This document shows, piece by piece, positions 48,497-62,369 of a stretch of 64,000 nt of DNA. A model generated the notes under the pieces. That model was not told the DNA's origin, made no database searches, and saw only the letters and a program-made list of their open reading frames with translations. Each line of letters opens with the position of its first letter. The first letter of the stretch is position 1. Position numbers and translations under genes: made by a program. The stretch is from Vairimorpha necatrix. Lineage: Eukaryota. Where the stretch lies: NCBI GenBank assembly GCA_036630325.1, contig CP142727.1, forward strand, positions 930,001-994,000. Reading direction: 5' to 3'.

Positions 48497-51400
48497 TAGG
48501 AATGTTATGTAGGAGCTTTTAAGAATTTCAATGAAGACATAGTTATCGACAGGCCAACTTCAAATAAAGTAAAAAAACTTAAAAATGAACTTTCAGAGCT
48601 TGTAAGAAAATTTCCAAAGGTTTTTGATGGAAAGACAAGTAAAGGATACACGGATATAATGTGTGAGATAAACACTCCGATAGGTAAGACAGTGAATATA
48701 AAATACAGAAATATACCACAGGCCCTAATGAAAGGAGCACAAGAAACAATTAACAAATTATTAGAACAAGGATATATAGAATGTTCGACATCAGCTTTGT
48801 GTAATCCCATAAGACCAGTATTTAAAACAGATGGCACTGTTAGAATTACAAACAACATGCAATTTCTGAATAACCTAGTTGGAGATAACAACTATTCAAT
48901 ACCTGTATTTCAAAACATAGTAGATGCCACGCGAGGTAAAAGATTTTTTACAGTTATAGATCTGACAGATGCCTACTATTAAATACACCTGAAACCTAAA
49001 CATAAATATAAAACCGCATTTTTGTTTAAAAAAAACTATATTTATACACACGGATGCCACAAGGCTTTAAGAATTAACCTGGCATGTTACAAATGATAAT
49101 GGATATATTACTAGAAACCACCTTAAAACTGCTTGTTGCGTCTATTTAGACGACATAATAATTTTTGAAACAACGGGGACACGAGATAGAGAAATGTTTT
49201 AAAAAGCCAAGTTACAAAAAAGACTAGTAGACCGTAAACGTATTTTTGGGCGGGATGTTGGATGGCTAAAATAGCAATATTATCATTAAAGACCCCCCAT
49301 GTCTACTATTCTCACAGTAATCGTCTCTATTTATGTTTTCTTTTAATTTGCCCGTGGATCCTTGCTTTGAATTCAAATTGCCCGAAACAGGTGGCAAGTC
49401 ATTGTATCTTAAATAATACTCTAAAAGTGAAGTTGGAATATTCTTAGAGGGTAACATGTTTATTTAGATTTTTTTTTCTTTATATAGTTTTAAAGGAGTT
49501 TCTCCTTTTGATAGGAACATTCTATTGGTAGAAACAGATTGATTCTGTTTCAGAATGAAACAATTATAAAAGTAAATAAAATCATGTTATGTTATGTTTA
49601 CATAACATATGGAAAGCACTGGTTTTATCTATTGTAAATATGGTTGCAGTCGATAGACTGTCAAAAATTGCGTCGATTCTAAGAGTCATGTATGCGTCCT
49701 TAGCTGTTATGTTTCTAGCTCTTATTATTCTCCGCACATTCTTCATGTTTAGCCTGGTTTCGGTACAGTCAATATTCTGCCACATCATGGCTCATGCTTC
49801 CCTTAAAATCCGAAGTTCTAGGAGTTTGATGGTTGCCTCGTTTACAGCCTCTTCTTGTGACTCTGGCATTCTTCCGTTCCTTTTACAAATTATTTTTGTA
49901 CTGTTCGTCTGTCTTAGATCAATGCTTTCAGTTCAGAGATTATAGTAGCTTATTTCTTTTTAAAAATCGTCTTCATACTCTTTTAAAATTTCATTATCTT
50001 CTAAATCACAAGAAAAGTTTGACATTTAGTAGATTCTATATTTGGGGGCATATATATCGTCTAAGATCAAATTTTTCATTGTTACATATCAAATTTGCAA
50101 CTAAAACGACATATTTAATGTCTTTGATTATTAAGGGCGAAAAAATCATACATTTTTTATTGATTTCAATTGTAGAGTCTATTAAGGAGTTCAATATAAT
50201 ATTTCCTTTCCTATATTCTTAACATCCCATTATATTCAATAATCTAATTACGTTCTTCCTAAGGAGTATTGTTGTAGTTTATGTTCGAAGCATTGGCTCC
50301 GGTATATAATACCTTTATATTTATTTAAAAAGGCAGCTTTTCACAAAAAAGTTCTAAACTATTTTGTAGAAATTAAAAAAAATGTATGGTTTTACTGTCA
50401 TGGCCTTTTGCATCCTGTCATATTCATCTAATGCATTTTTATATTTTTTTTAAAGGTTTTCTTTTCGTACTGAAAATAATGGTTATTTGAAATCTTTACT
50501 GAATAAATTACATTATTTATATAGTGTGCGTTGTTTATGATTCTTTCTCAAATGGTTTGTATAGCTTGTCTTTCTGTAAAATTCATTTTCGTAGTGAACT
50601 TTGGTGTTGTGCCCTCTGCCCACGTCGGCATGCAGCTTGGTTCCTACTTACTTCTTATTAGGGCATAGAATAAACTCATCTCCTCGACAAGTCTAAACTG
50701 TAGTAATATTTGAGTATAAAAGAGCTTTTATCTCCATTGATTATTTGTTTGACTATTTGACACAAAGCGTCTAAATTTAAAAGAGGATCTCTCGAATAGC
50801 ACTGCTGCTTTCTGCAACATCTGTGACAAATCTCTATCTTCGTCTCTGTAATGTTATTAAACCCCAATGTTTAAAGTTATATCGTTGTCTTTATGAGGCT
50901 CGAAAATTTCCATATATGAACTATCTCCAATGTTTCCATTTCCCTCCTGGGGGTTGGGACGCCCATAAAAATGCAATTCCTTTATGCTTACAACAAATGC
51001 CATTTTATATTATTCTTTGGTCCACCTTAAAATTCTAGCACCAGCATTGTGTTTATTATTTTGGTGTCGAATACCTCTTTTGTTTTACTTGTGTAGTATC
51101 CAACATAATTCGTCGTTGTCGACATGTCAATTTGTTTATTCATATTTCCTATCCTTTTCGGAAATGTTTCCAAATACATTTAACAGTAAATCAAATCTAT
51201 TCATCTGTAAGAATATGATTGGTTAATCTTTTATCGACTACAACAGTTTTTTTTGACAAATTTTTGCAAATATTACTCATTAATTAATTTTATATGCATA
51301 AATAAATAATTTTTCATATTACTCTTCATGATTAAAGATATCTAATAAAATTTATTTAATGAAGCATCTTTTCCCTTCTCTTGTCTCTATTTCCTTCTTC

Positions 51401-54400
51401 ATATGCATATCTTTATGAGTAGAGATGATTAACTCTAAGTCTCTCGTCATCCCATTACTTCATAGATCTCCCAATCTTCTATATTTTAAAGAGATACTTT
51501 AAAAATTTTTAACAGAGCAAGAAATTGCATATACGTCTGGAAGAATATCGGTATGTCTAGTCTTCTTCGGTGCACTTCATGAGATTTAGGAACCACCCGT
51601 CCCATGTTAACACATATGTAATAAAGATATTTTTAAAGCCATACATAAGAGATGTTTCATCGGCAAGAACACCAAATTTTCTAAGTTAAAGATTATTTTA
51701 TAAGATACTTTGTATTTAAATATTTTTGCAAAATGTCTAGAAAGACACCGACGAGAAGGCTAGAGAATTTTTTTTATCGTTGTAGACTGTATTATTTCTA
51801 CAACCTATCAATTTTTGCCTGCTTAAAAAATGAATTTTCTAGAAAATTATTTGTTTTTTTAATTTTTCATAAAAATAAGTGCGGACAACAAGAGAACAAA
51901 ATGAGGTGATTAGACGAAAAACACGCAAAAAGCCAACGCTTAAAGTAATAAAAACACTAAAAAGTGGTATTCGCTCGTGGAAAAGGTTTCCCAGGTACCG
52001 CATTTTCCTACAAGATAACTTTTTGCAAAAGGAAGAAGATTTGGTAAATCAAGAACAAGGATTAGTAATAAAAATCTGTCTCAAACAAAAGAATAACTTA
52101 ATATTTGAATTTTTTAAAGAAAAAAGATGACAAAACAAAAACAACAAACATAGAACTTATCAATAAACAAAGAAAAGGCGACAGTTGATGAAGCAAAAGA
52201 ATTAATCGACGAGAAAAAAAAATTAATTGTCGATACAATAAAAACAATCTACTCACATATTACTAACTTTTACAAAAATAAAATTCTATCAAACACTTCA
52301 ATAAACAAGCTGATAAAATCTTACAAAGAATATGCCTATGATTCAGAAATTATAGGTCTTATTCATGGAATCCTCATAGACAATCTCTATGAGGAAGAAT
52401 CAAATACAGGTTTATCTGGTATTATCACGAAAAAAAGAATTTGATAGAATATAACGAAAGTACATTACACACCACGTCTATCCCAATGAACATTAATGGA
52501 TATTCACATTAATAATGTCATGCTAAAAATTGGAACTTTGATTTTTCCTCGTCATAACGAGAAATAATACAAGGGGCAAATTTTTTATGAATATTTATAG
52601 TCATTAAATTAAATGTCAAAAAAATCATTTTTTTCGAACATCTCAATTTGAAACAAAAATCTACAAAAACATTTATCTCTATATTTAGCTGCTTTTTCTA
52701 TTGTTTTTTTCCATACCTGTCAAATTTTTGTTTGTTTGTGTGTATATAAATCAAAAATTGACATTTAATTTAATGTATTAGAGAAATATTATTGAGTACT
52801 AGAGCAGTATAGTAATATAAAACGAATACAACTAAAGTGAAATTTAAAATATACAGACAAAGGAAGATATTTCTAAAATACTAATGTGATGTACGTAGAT
52901 TCAAATATGATAGAGTTTAGAGTTTAAGAATGAACAAGTAGCAACCGAGAGAAAATTTTTACAAATCTTTAGCAAATCTCAGCACATTATAACGAATACT
53001 TTTTTGCACTTATTCTTGTTTTTTGTTTGAGATGAAGAATTAAAATATGAAGATACTCTACGTTGATCAATGTGATACTCTTAAATGTATTTGCGATGTA
53101 ATTGCCAGCACAAAATGTATAGATGTCAAAAAAATCACATGCCAAATATTTCCGCGATGACGAGACAACACGCCAACAAACAAATAAACAAAAGAATACT
53201 TTAGAAACATGCTATAAATAGAAAGATATGAACAGTTAATAAATTATTAAACTAATAGTAATATCTAAAATCAAATATAAAAATAAGTTTTTAATAAGAG
53301 GATGAAATTCAGGAGAAAATAAGAAGCCGACACAATAATGATTTTTTATTTGGTATTTTATAGAGCTATTATGTAAACTGTAATTTTTGTTTGTACAGAT
53401 GAGAATACTAAATCACGTAAGTAATTTTTAATTCTTTAAAAACAATATAATAAGTGGTAAATATTATATTTTATTTTTAAATCTTTTTTATTTATAATTT
53501 CATTAAAGGTCTGTAAAACAATTGGATTTTTTTATTATGTGACTTGAATTACTATATTTATGCAAGAAGTCATTATTTTCTATTACTTATTATCTATGAC
53601 AACAATACACCAATAAGATGCTGAGGAGAAGGATTTGCCATAGATTTAAATCTATTATGTACAGTTCAACTTCAAAAAAGAGATGATGATAATAAAAGGC
53701 TATTGTAATCTTTGGACATACACACTAAAATATTTCATTTCTAAAGTTCCAATAAAGTCAAAGCGAGCTTTCATTGTGAACGAAACTAGGGACGTCAATA
53801 CTAAAATCATTACATTCATTATTATTCCTTCATTGTATCTTTAATTCTTCATGTATTTAATATATTTTTGTTTATTGTATTATGAAATGGAAAATAAAAA
53901 ACATACAATGTATGCACAATGAATAACTATATGGGGAATACGATATGTTAAAAATACAAAAATGTAATAACCATGTAATTAATGAACTTTGCATTATAGA
54001 TATTAATTTATTATTGTTTAAAAAATATCTTGTTAAAAATGAAGTAATACTACCAAAAAGAACGCAAAGGTACTATTTCTTACATAAATTCTTCTAAAAA
54101 TCTTAAAAATAATTAAAAAGGACAATTGATAAAGTAACATAAAAAATATTTATTAACCGGGGAAAACTATGCTAAAATTCATAAATTTTAGAAAATATAT
54201 TAACATCCAAACAATACATCCAATAATGTAAAAACATAGATACATGAAAATATAATAGAATAAATATTTAAATTTGAAAAATACAAAAGTATAAAAACAT
54301 GCTCAACAATCTAGGCACTTTTTTCTTCATTTTGAGGGCCTTCGTAGAGAGAGACGAGAAAAATAATAAAGGCATTTCATTCCATGAAGACTTAGATAAT

Positions 54401-56156
54401 TTCAAATATTAACTCTCCGAAACTCTCAATGTTTTTATTATCGCTTTTATTCTTCTGCTTCTAAATTATTTATAGAAAACCAGGATAATACTTTCTTTAA
54501 ATCCCATGCAGTTATAATGTCACATTAAAGAGGAACCAGGTCTTTCTATTAGTTTTGTATCCTCTACTACTTTGTTTTTGAACCCTTTATTGTGAATTAC
54601 TACGTTTGATCGCCATTGTTAGATCCGACTACTAAGGACAGTATTTCTGGCCACAGTTATACAAATCGTTTTTTCCAAAACCGGAGTCATGGTCATATAG
54701 TCCTGCGCCTATGTACTATTTCGATGCTTAATTCTAACGTTTGCCCGTCGATTATCCTTACCAATCATATACATTTTTCTATCTGCGTCGTTTTTTACCC
54801 GACAAAGATTATATATAATTTCCCTTTAATATAACAGTTTCGTCGGTCTGTTTCACTTCTTCAACAGCCCTCTATTTTTTTGGTAATTGATATTTTACTT
54901 TTTCAATGCTTTGTATATTTTTTTTAGCCCTGGAGACAAGTAAATCTGACATTAGGAAAATTTTTGTTAAAGTTTAGTGTAGACCGTTTTACAGTAAATG
55001 AGGGCGAAACATAACAACTATTTATGCATAGATTCTGCGGTGTAAAAAATAAAGTGTCTTCGAAAACTTTTAGTGGTGGTCCGCGTTCTTCCTTTGGCAC
55101 TAACCCAAACCTGTGACAGTCTATGTACGAATCGATCGGCTTTACTGCCATTATCGTAAAACGAATTGTATATTTTATAGGGATTTTTATAAAGTTTTCC
55201 TCTATAGCCCTATACCATCATGTGGGCCTTAAATAATTTTACCCTACTGTCGAACGGCTTAGGCATAACAAAGGGTAAGTCTTTTTTTCAAGTAAAGATA
55301 GAGTAAACTTTACACAAGGACAACAGAGATAAAGGCGACGATTTTATTTAACTTGTATTGTGTGATTCTATCCTACTAAACCTCTCTAAATATAACAATC
55401 TGAAGCGGCCAGTTCCGACCGTATTCATTTGACTTGGACCAGAAGAATTCTCTTTATTTATACCTCAAATTGCGTTCAGAAACCCCTTACAGCTAAAATA
55501 CTTAACGGGCACGGTCATCTGAAATCCGAGAAGAGACATAATCGTGCTAACTCAATGGGTTCTAAAATCTTATATACTGCGCACACTGCATTTTTACGAC
55601 CTTTTTAATGTAATATTAGTTTACTCGCCGTGTACCAAAACATTAAAGGACATGTTCCACGAGACATATTAATACCATACTGTGTCTTGTATCTTAATTA
55701 GCTCTAAAACCCGACTCTTAACTCCAGCTTCAGTTTTAAATAAGCGTCCAAACATCGGATACTTTCATGTATCACTGTCATCATAAGGACGATACTTTTT
55801 CGGCGCTGAGAGCATTTTACACTAATGCTTATCCTATTATTGTAGGACGCGCACAAATTTAATTTAATTAAATTTATGATTACTGTGGACATAATCGTCG
55901 GTTGTAAACAAGTATGCCATCTTATTATATAATATCCGAACCAATAGCTATTAAAACCGAATTTTGAAGCGAACAAACTGCATCAGGAAAACACCACAGA
56001 CTACAAACTGAAAATTTAAAAAAATGATGCATAATAGATCTTTTAAATACACCATACAGATATTTAACTCTTATAAAAAAATTGTATGACATCATAGACT
56101 TTCTAGATTTTTACTAAAATTTATAATTTCTTTAGTTTTAAGGAAACCCCCTTAAA

Positions 56157-58467
56157 ATGAAAAATGAAAGAAAATTACAAAATCAAAAAGAGAGATCTAT
56201 TGATATGTAAGGCATCAAAAATAAACTATTGAAGCTATCAAAAACTTACAACCGCATAACTTCAACCGGGAATTTTTTCATAAAATGGTCTTGTTATGTA
56301 AAAATTGTAATGGAAGTATAAGCATTAATAGTATACCAAATGATATGTGCAAATAAAGAAAACAATAATTGAGAAGCAAGTTTCACAAATTAAAATACTA
56401 TTTATGAATGAAAACATACAATTTAGCCGCAAAAACAAAAACTTCAAATGAAATTGTGCATCTATATTATAGCTTGATGATTAAGACAAACAATTACTTC
56501 CAAGCTTACTTAATAAAAAAAGAAGAAATTAAAAAAAATAAAAGATGTAACATAGAGTTAAAGAAAAGCTAAAAACTATGACATACCAAACGAGTAATTA
56601 AAGACAAGATCTGATCTTAAAATTATCAACTGTGATAATTTTTTTGTACTGAAAAAGGAATGGTAGCACGCTGGACTGATAAAAATGCGAACACCCTCAA
56701 GAATAAACCCGTCTTTTCAATTTATAGGACATTAAATTGTCTTCTCTGGCCTTTTGAGTTTTCGTAGAAATTTTTATGTATGAATATACTATAATTCCTT
56801 TTGCTTATTTTCTGTTACTAAGATAAAAAAATACAAAACATATATTGAATATTTTCAACTACTATTTGCCTTGACAAATATTAGAAAAAAGATAGTATGT
56901 TTCTGTGCACGAAGCATTATATAGTGTTTATTAAGACACCAGAATAAGATTTTGTGCATTTTATTATTCACATTTATTTTTAATTCACAAATCGATAAGA
57001 TTTTTTAACTTTTACTAGGAAGATCCGATTTTAAGATTTTACATAAAATATTTGCTTTGTATGATATTCACTAGTAAAGAATAAAGATATTTTAAACGCT
57101 ATAATATTTAGTTGAATTAATATGCAGGGTTATAGTGAAGATCTAATTAAAGAATTTCTTAACTACAATATAACAAAATTTAAACAAAAACTTTTTTTGT
57201 TATAATGATACGAAAGGCAGGGATCGTGGGAATTATACGACATATTTTGTCGTATAATACCCACTAAAATCAATTTTTATTTTGTCTTTAAAAATTGGAA
57301 ATCGAACTTCAAGATTGGCACTTATCTAAACATAAGAAGCTTGGGAGAGAAGATGTGATTAAGATTTTCAAGAAAAAACTTATTACTTAATTGTTTAAGG
57401 TGTAAAAGTAATGTCATAAATTTATAATTTATAAGTTTAAGATACATGTAACTCATAAAATAACCCGTAATTTTTAATATTTTAAATGTTTAAAAGCATC
57501 GTCGATTTTTAACATACGCACCAACTCTTTTTTACAACCGGATTTAGTTCATCTGACGTCTGTACCCATATAATTATGTGGTTGGAAAATAAAAATATAA
57601 TTTCAGATTACAATAGTCATTTAATCGATCAACGAACACTGTTTCTAAAATATAGTCTAATAACGAAAATAGTCATCAGAACACTTTTATTCAACTCTGT
57701 TCTGTCAGGAGGGACGGAATTGTATGCCAAAAAGGCTAATCAATGTTTCTCTACAAGCAGAAATGTCATAATAGTAATGTTTCAATAATCAAGTGTAGTA
57801 TGAGGTATCGTCGATACAACTTCATAGCTGCAAAAGGATATATACAAGTCTTAACTATTAGATCTGACGAAAATCTGTTACCTATTATTAAAAATGTTAT
57901 TAAAGATTGGACTATTATACACAGCGATGAATGGGTTGCCTGTAAAATAAAATACAATAAACATCAGGTTATAGACATCAATAATAAAAAATTTTCTTAA
58001 TTTTGTATATTTTGACACAGTAGTAAATACTCAACATGCATAATCGAGCTAGGTCAGCAAAAATTAACATCAAAGAATGAAAGGCATAAAGAAATATGTA
58101 TTGCAAAATTATTCTGCAGAAATTATGTTTAAAGATAGATATAGGAGCTGCGATTGTAGTTTTTCTTCTAGAATTGTTGTTCGTTATTAAAAATCTCTTG
58201 ATTTTATTTTCTTTTATTATCTTAGTCTGCCAAATCTTTATAATTTTATTATTTCGTATAATATCCATGATTCAAAGATAAATAATAAGGGATGCACAAT
58301 TTGCAAATGATGTTGTAGAAGATTTAAATTCTGCATTAAAAAGACAATTGAAATCACTACATCCAAGTTTAACTAAATTTCTAATGTGCTTAAAAATCTC
58401 GATTTTCAGACTAAATTTACAAATACAATACCAAGAATCAGAAAATAATCTTTATAAAAACAATAAA
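56157..58467 (+). pseudogene. Decayed MULE-like transposase (copy B) with nested Merlin
   Basis: Paralog of 31485-35642; IPFAYFLL, VEDLNSALKRQLKSLHPSLTKFL. Confidence 0.58.
57221..58273 (+). mobile_element. Degenerate Merlin
   Basis: TIRs GGATCGTGGGAATTATACGA / ...TCGTATAATATCCATGATTC; ENLLPIIKNVIKDWTIIHSDEWVA. Confidence 0.7.
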
Positions 58468-60543
58468 TGTCTTTTTTATCATAATGGGGTAGAGATTATA
58501 CAAATATGCCACATCTCTTCTCAAGATGGTTAGTCGCATCGAATTTCCACATCTATCTCATTCATACTCTTCAGATCATAATGTCTCTCTTCACAAACCT
58601 ACCATTACTAAGTTTTACTACATAAGAATTTTCCCCACACTACGACAAATTTCCCTGTATCCAAAAATCTTACTTACTTATACATATTAACTCCTGCCAA
58701 ATTTTCTCGTTTAGCTATTGTGATGTTATGAACTACAACATAATAACAGATGCCATGAACATCAACTGTCAAAGGTCTCCTCCATGACGTATCAATGTGC
58801 CAATAAACAAACAAAAGAATACTTTGGCAAAGGGTTTATATATGAAAAAGCATTAACTTTAGTAAAATTGCTAAACAATTCTTATATTAAAAATAAAAAA
58901 TAAAAAGAACTTTGTCTTTAAAATGTATGGAACATCAAAGAAGCAAAAACACCAACAATAAATATATTAGAATTACAACATTTTAGAAGCCTCTTTTTAT
59001 ATAGCAAAGTCCCAACCATACAGGACAGCTATTCTTACCAATTGACCTTTACTAAATTTTTCGATCTTTTCTTCTAAAGCTACTGCAACATTTCCTTATA
59101 GGGCTATTCCAAGCATTACGTCTTCAGTTTTATCTTCAGTCGCTTCTATTGGTGTACATTTTATTACTGTATGATGGCCGCGATTAATATATATCAAGAC
59201 TTTTATGCACTTTACCCTTAAAAGTTACCGAATTTGACTTTAAAATATTTTCCCAGAAAGTTCTCATGACACGCTTTACTCTTTCGTTGCTTCTATGCGC
59301 TTCTATACTTACTTGTCGGTGTATTATATTTAGAACTCTACAAAATTTTCTAAGTTCCACGCCAATAGACTCTTTATCAGTAGTAATATCTTCTGGTTTC
59401 AGCTCTTCCTCACATAATTTTCTCAAAAAAAAACCAACAATTTTATTACTTGACTTGGTATTTATAACTATTACCCATACTCTACGTGTTAAATAATTGA
59501 TAGCAACTAAAACATATTTCTTCACATTTCTAAAGTCTTTCAAGTCAATTGCAACCCCCTCCAAATATCTCGACGTATCTACGAATTCAAAACCATCCAT
59601 ATTTTTCCTGTTATATATCTGACATTTCTGACACTGTTTAATAACCTCGTTTATTTCTTTCTTGACTCCTGACCCTAGCATTCTTCTCTCATTGCATAAT
59701 AAGCACTTGTCATACATCCGTGGCCTCTTTCTCATGATGTTTTTAAATTAATTGTCTTCTAATATTCTCCGGAGATATTTCAACTTTACGTCCTAAATCA
59801 AATTTCCAATATTGCTTTCCATCCATGACAAAAACATGTACTTTCCATTTACCTTCTATTAGCTTGATCGTTCGCTCTTTATTTTTCATTTGTTTATATC
59901 CTCTTCCATATTTATTCGACTCAACGCATCTGCTACCACCATCTCATCAGGTTTTTTTCATTCAACGCTAAAATCATATTTTTGTGTCTTCTTGATTAAG
60001 CGATTTATTTTTTCATGTAAAAAAGGCTTAATTCTTATCTCCACCAGTGCTTTGTGATCCGTCTTTATCTTATATTCCCTACCTCTTAACTTCTATTAAA
60101 ACTTATCAATGAACAACATATATCAAGCATTTTCTTTTCTGATACACCAAATCTTACTTCTGTTTGTGTTGGCTTTTAGATGCCCATTGTATAGAGACCC
60201 ATTCTCCATTCTTATTCTTATGAAGTATAACCGCACCCAAGATAAGTTGCTAGCATCTGTTCTTAGGATAAATTTCTTATTATAGTCCGGCAATAATAGT
60301 CTTCGCGTTTTTTTAAAAAACGCTTTTTAATTCAGTAAATTCTTCTTCCATCTCTTTCGTCCATTTCCACGAATTACTATTTTTCTTTCAAACTATCTGT
60401 CATTTTCAACGTCAATTCAGCATAATCTATCATAAATGGTCCTAACCACACAGTTAATTCCAGAAACCTCCTCAATACCGTCTGACTTTTGGTTCTAGAT
60501 ACACCGAGGCTTTATTTTTCTTTATTTCGTCGGTCGTAATATC
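58468..60543 (-). mobile_element. 3' half of the compact gypsy (RT end, RNase H, integrase, 46-bp LTR)
   Basis: Paralog of 35643-37669; LTR 58468-58513; integrase ORF 59184-59735. Confidence 0.85.
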
Positions 60544-61617
60544 GGTCTCCTTAAATTCAAAATCACACGGGTTAAAAAAATTCACGAACATGTATTGTAA
60601 ACATTCTACAAAAAATGCCAAGTGCCCTTAACATTTTGAATTTAAGGAAAGCGATTTTGTGAATTTTAATTTTTTACCCCTAATGCAAGTTAGAAATCTC
60701 TACAGCATAATATTTGTTGAAGATGAAGCAGCCATAGAATACTTAAAGGCTTTAAACTTCTACAGAAATACTATTTAGTGTGACTGTGGTTGTTTTATGA
60801 ACCAAGTAAAATCTAAAAACTACTTGGAAGGAATCTGCTTTTATTGTGCAAATGGCTGCAAAAAGCAAAAGCATTCAAATGGTACTTATTTACAGAAGTC
60901 CAGGATGCCCTACACATACAACTGAGAATGTTTTTTTGCTCGGTGATGAAAATAGCCAACACAATAGTCTCAGAAACATGTGAGGTCTTCGAGCCCACCT
61001 ACATTTCTTTCAAGGGCTTTCTCCTAGAAAAATTAAAAATGAAATAAATACATTTTTTGTAAAAATAGGTGGGCCGGGAATACTATTTAAGTCGACGAGA
61101 CAGCAATATGTAGAGGTCGTATAATTACGAATCCTACGACAAAAGAAGACGATATCCCTGGGACGACTTGCTAGTCGGAGGTATAGAAAATGAAAGCAAC
61201 AATTGCTTCTTAAAAATAGTTACAAATAGGACTGCTCCTATAATGTTAGATCTATTTAGAGAGTATGTAGTAGAAGGAACTACAATAAGAACTGATGGTT
61301 TTGTTTCGTATCGTTCTGCTGTTCGCGATTTCAAATCTGTTCATATAGTCGTTAAACATAGTTTTGGTTTTACTAATGACAATGGACAACATACTAACAA
61401 AATAGAGAATCTGCGGAGTCATTTAAAGACCGAATTGAAAACAAGAAGAGGAATAATGAAGGTAAAATGGGCAATTTTACATACGAGTTTCAATTTAGAT
61501 CTAAATATTTAAAAGAGAATAATTCTGATACTTATGCAGAAACTTTACAAGAATACTCTTGTTAGAATAAATGTTTCTTGTTTTTTTACGTCTGTGATTT
61601 TGAATTTAAGGAACGCC
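60544..61617 (+). mobile_element. Degenerate Merlin/ISXO2-type transposon
   Basis: TIR core TCCTTAAATTCAAAATCACA; IGGPG..VDETAIC, GTTIRTDG, HTNKIENL. Flanks do not match. Confidence 0.85.
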
Positions 61618-62039
61618 GACATAAACACAATTACTATCAAAAAAAATCTCAAGAAGGTATTTTGATGAGAAATCCACAATAATATGGGAATTCATGAGTA
61701 TGTATTAAAATGAGAAAGTAATATATGGAAAATTAAGAAGCGAATTCCTATTTAAAAAATATCTAAGAGAAGCACTTTGTCCAATATAGAAATAAAAATA
61801 AGAATTGACGTCGAGGAGAAATCAGAACACAATTCTGCACGAATTTCCAAAATAATGATTAAGATGATTACAGTTTACGAATAAAATAGTATACTTACAC
61901 TATTGAAATGTTAAGTCATGATTTAGACAACTATACGCTGACAATACAAATAAAAATATGATTTTTGACGATTTTGTATATTTAAATCTAATGTTGTAAA
62001 CAATAAATACGAGCACCTTACATGGTTAAGAATGCGTTG

Positions 62040-62369
62040 TGGCGTTATACGGAATTGTGTCAGTGGCAAGAAAGCATTCAATAATGCTACGGTTAGGTGA
62101 ACCGCGAATTCATAAGATAAGTGTGAGTGTAGTTAAATAATATTTATTGTTAGAGGCATCATAGATCTGAAATGAAGTGGGGCTGTTGAAATTCTTAGGC
62201 ATGTGTTTGGCGATGAATTTTGTTATTTATATTTGTCGGTAACCAATAGAAGACAGTGTTCCAGAATTTTCCACTAACTGAGAGGGCTGCTTGACGTGTA
62301 TAGGATTATATCAGCGTTTCATCGTTTATTGGTCACCATAAAACATGTGGTATGGATTATAATACCACG
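62040..62369 (-). mobile_element. Solo LTR, diverged member of the 37918 family
   Basis: Shared GCAAGAAAGCATTCAAT..ATGCTACGG, GGTAACCAATAGAA and terminal hairpin; 5-bp TSD CGTTG. Confidence 0.8.

Larger units (their letters stand above)
46508..49316 (+). mobile_element. Ty3/gypsy element with 61-62 bp LTRs, RNase H/integrase deleted
   Basis: LTRs 46508-46569 and 49256-49316; PBS TGGCACCCGG at 46570; PPT GGGCGGGA; protease-like FMDEGSDVNII; RT NPIRPVFK..IDLTDAYY..YLDD. Confidence 0.8.
45161..49607 (-). mobile_element. Rearranged Ty3/gypsy element (LTRs 45161-45384 and 49379-49607; integrase 45387-46390)
   Basis: Two similar ~225-bp TG...CA repeats; PPT GGTGGGGTAGAA; IVSDNGRNY and GPY motifs. 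Centre replaced by a Merlin end and a plus-strand gypsy. No clean TSD. Confidence 0.75.
49609..60543 (+). repeat. Segmental duplication, copy B
   Basis: Colinear with 23481-37669; bounded by an LTR end (49607) and a Merlin end (60544). Confidence 0.93.

Noticed and set aside
49609-60543. Duplication as a simple assembly artefact
   Set aside because: The copies differ by many substitutions and by four TSD-bounded insertions. Allelic haplotypes cannot be fully excluded without reads.
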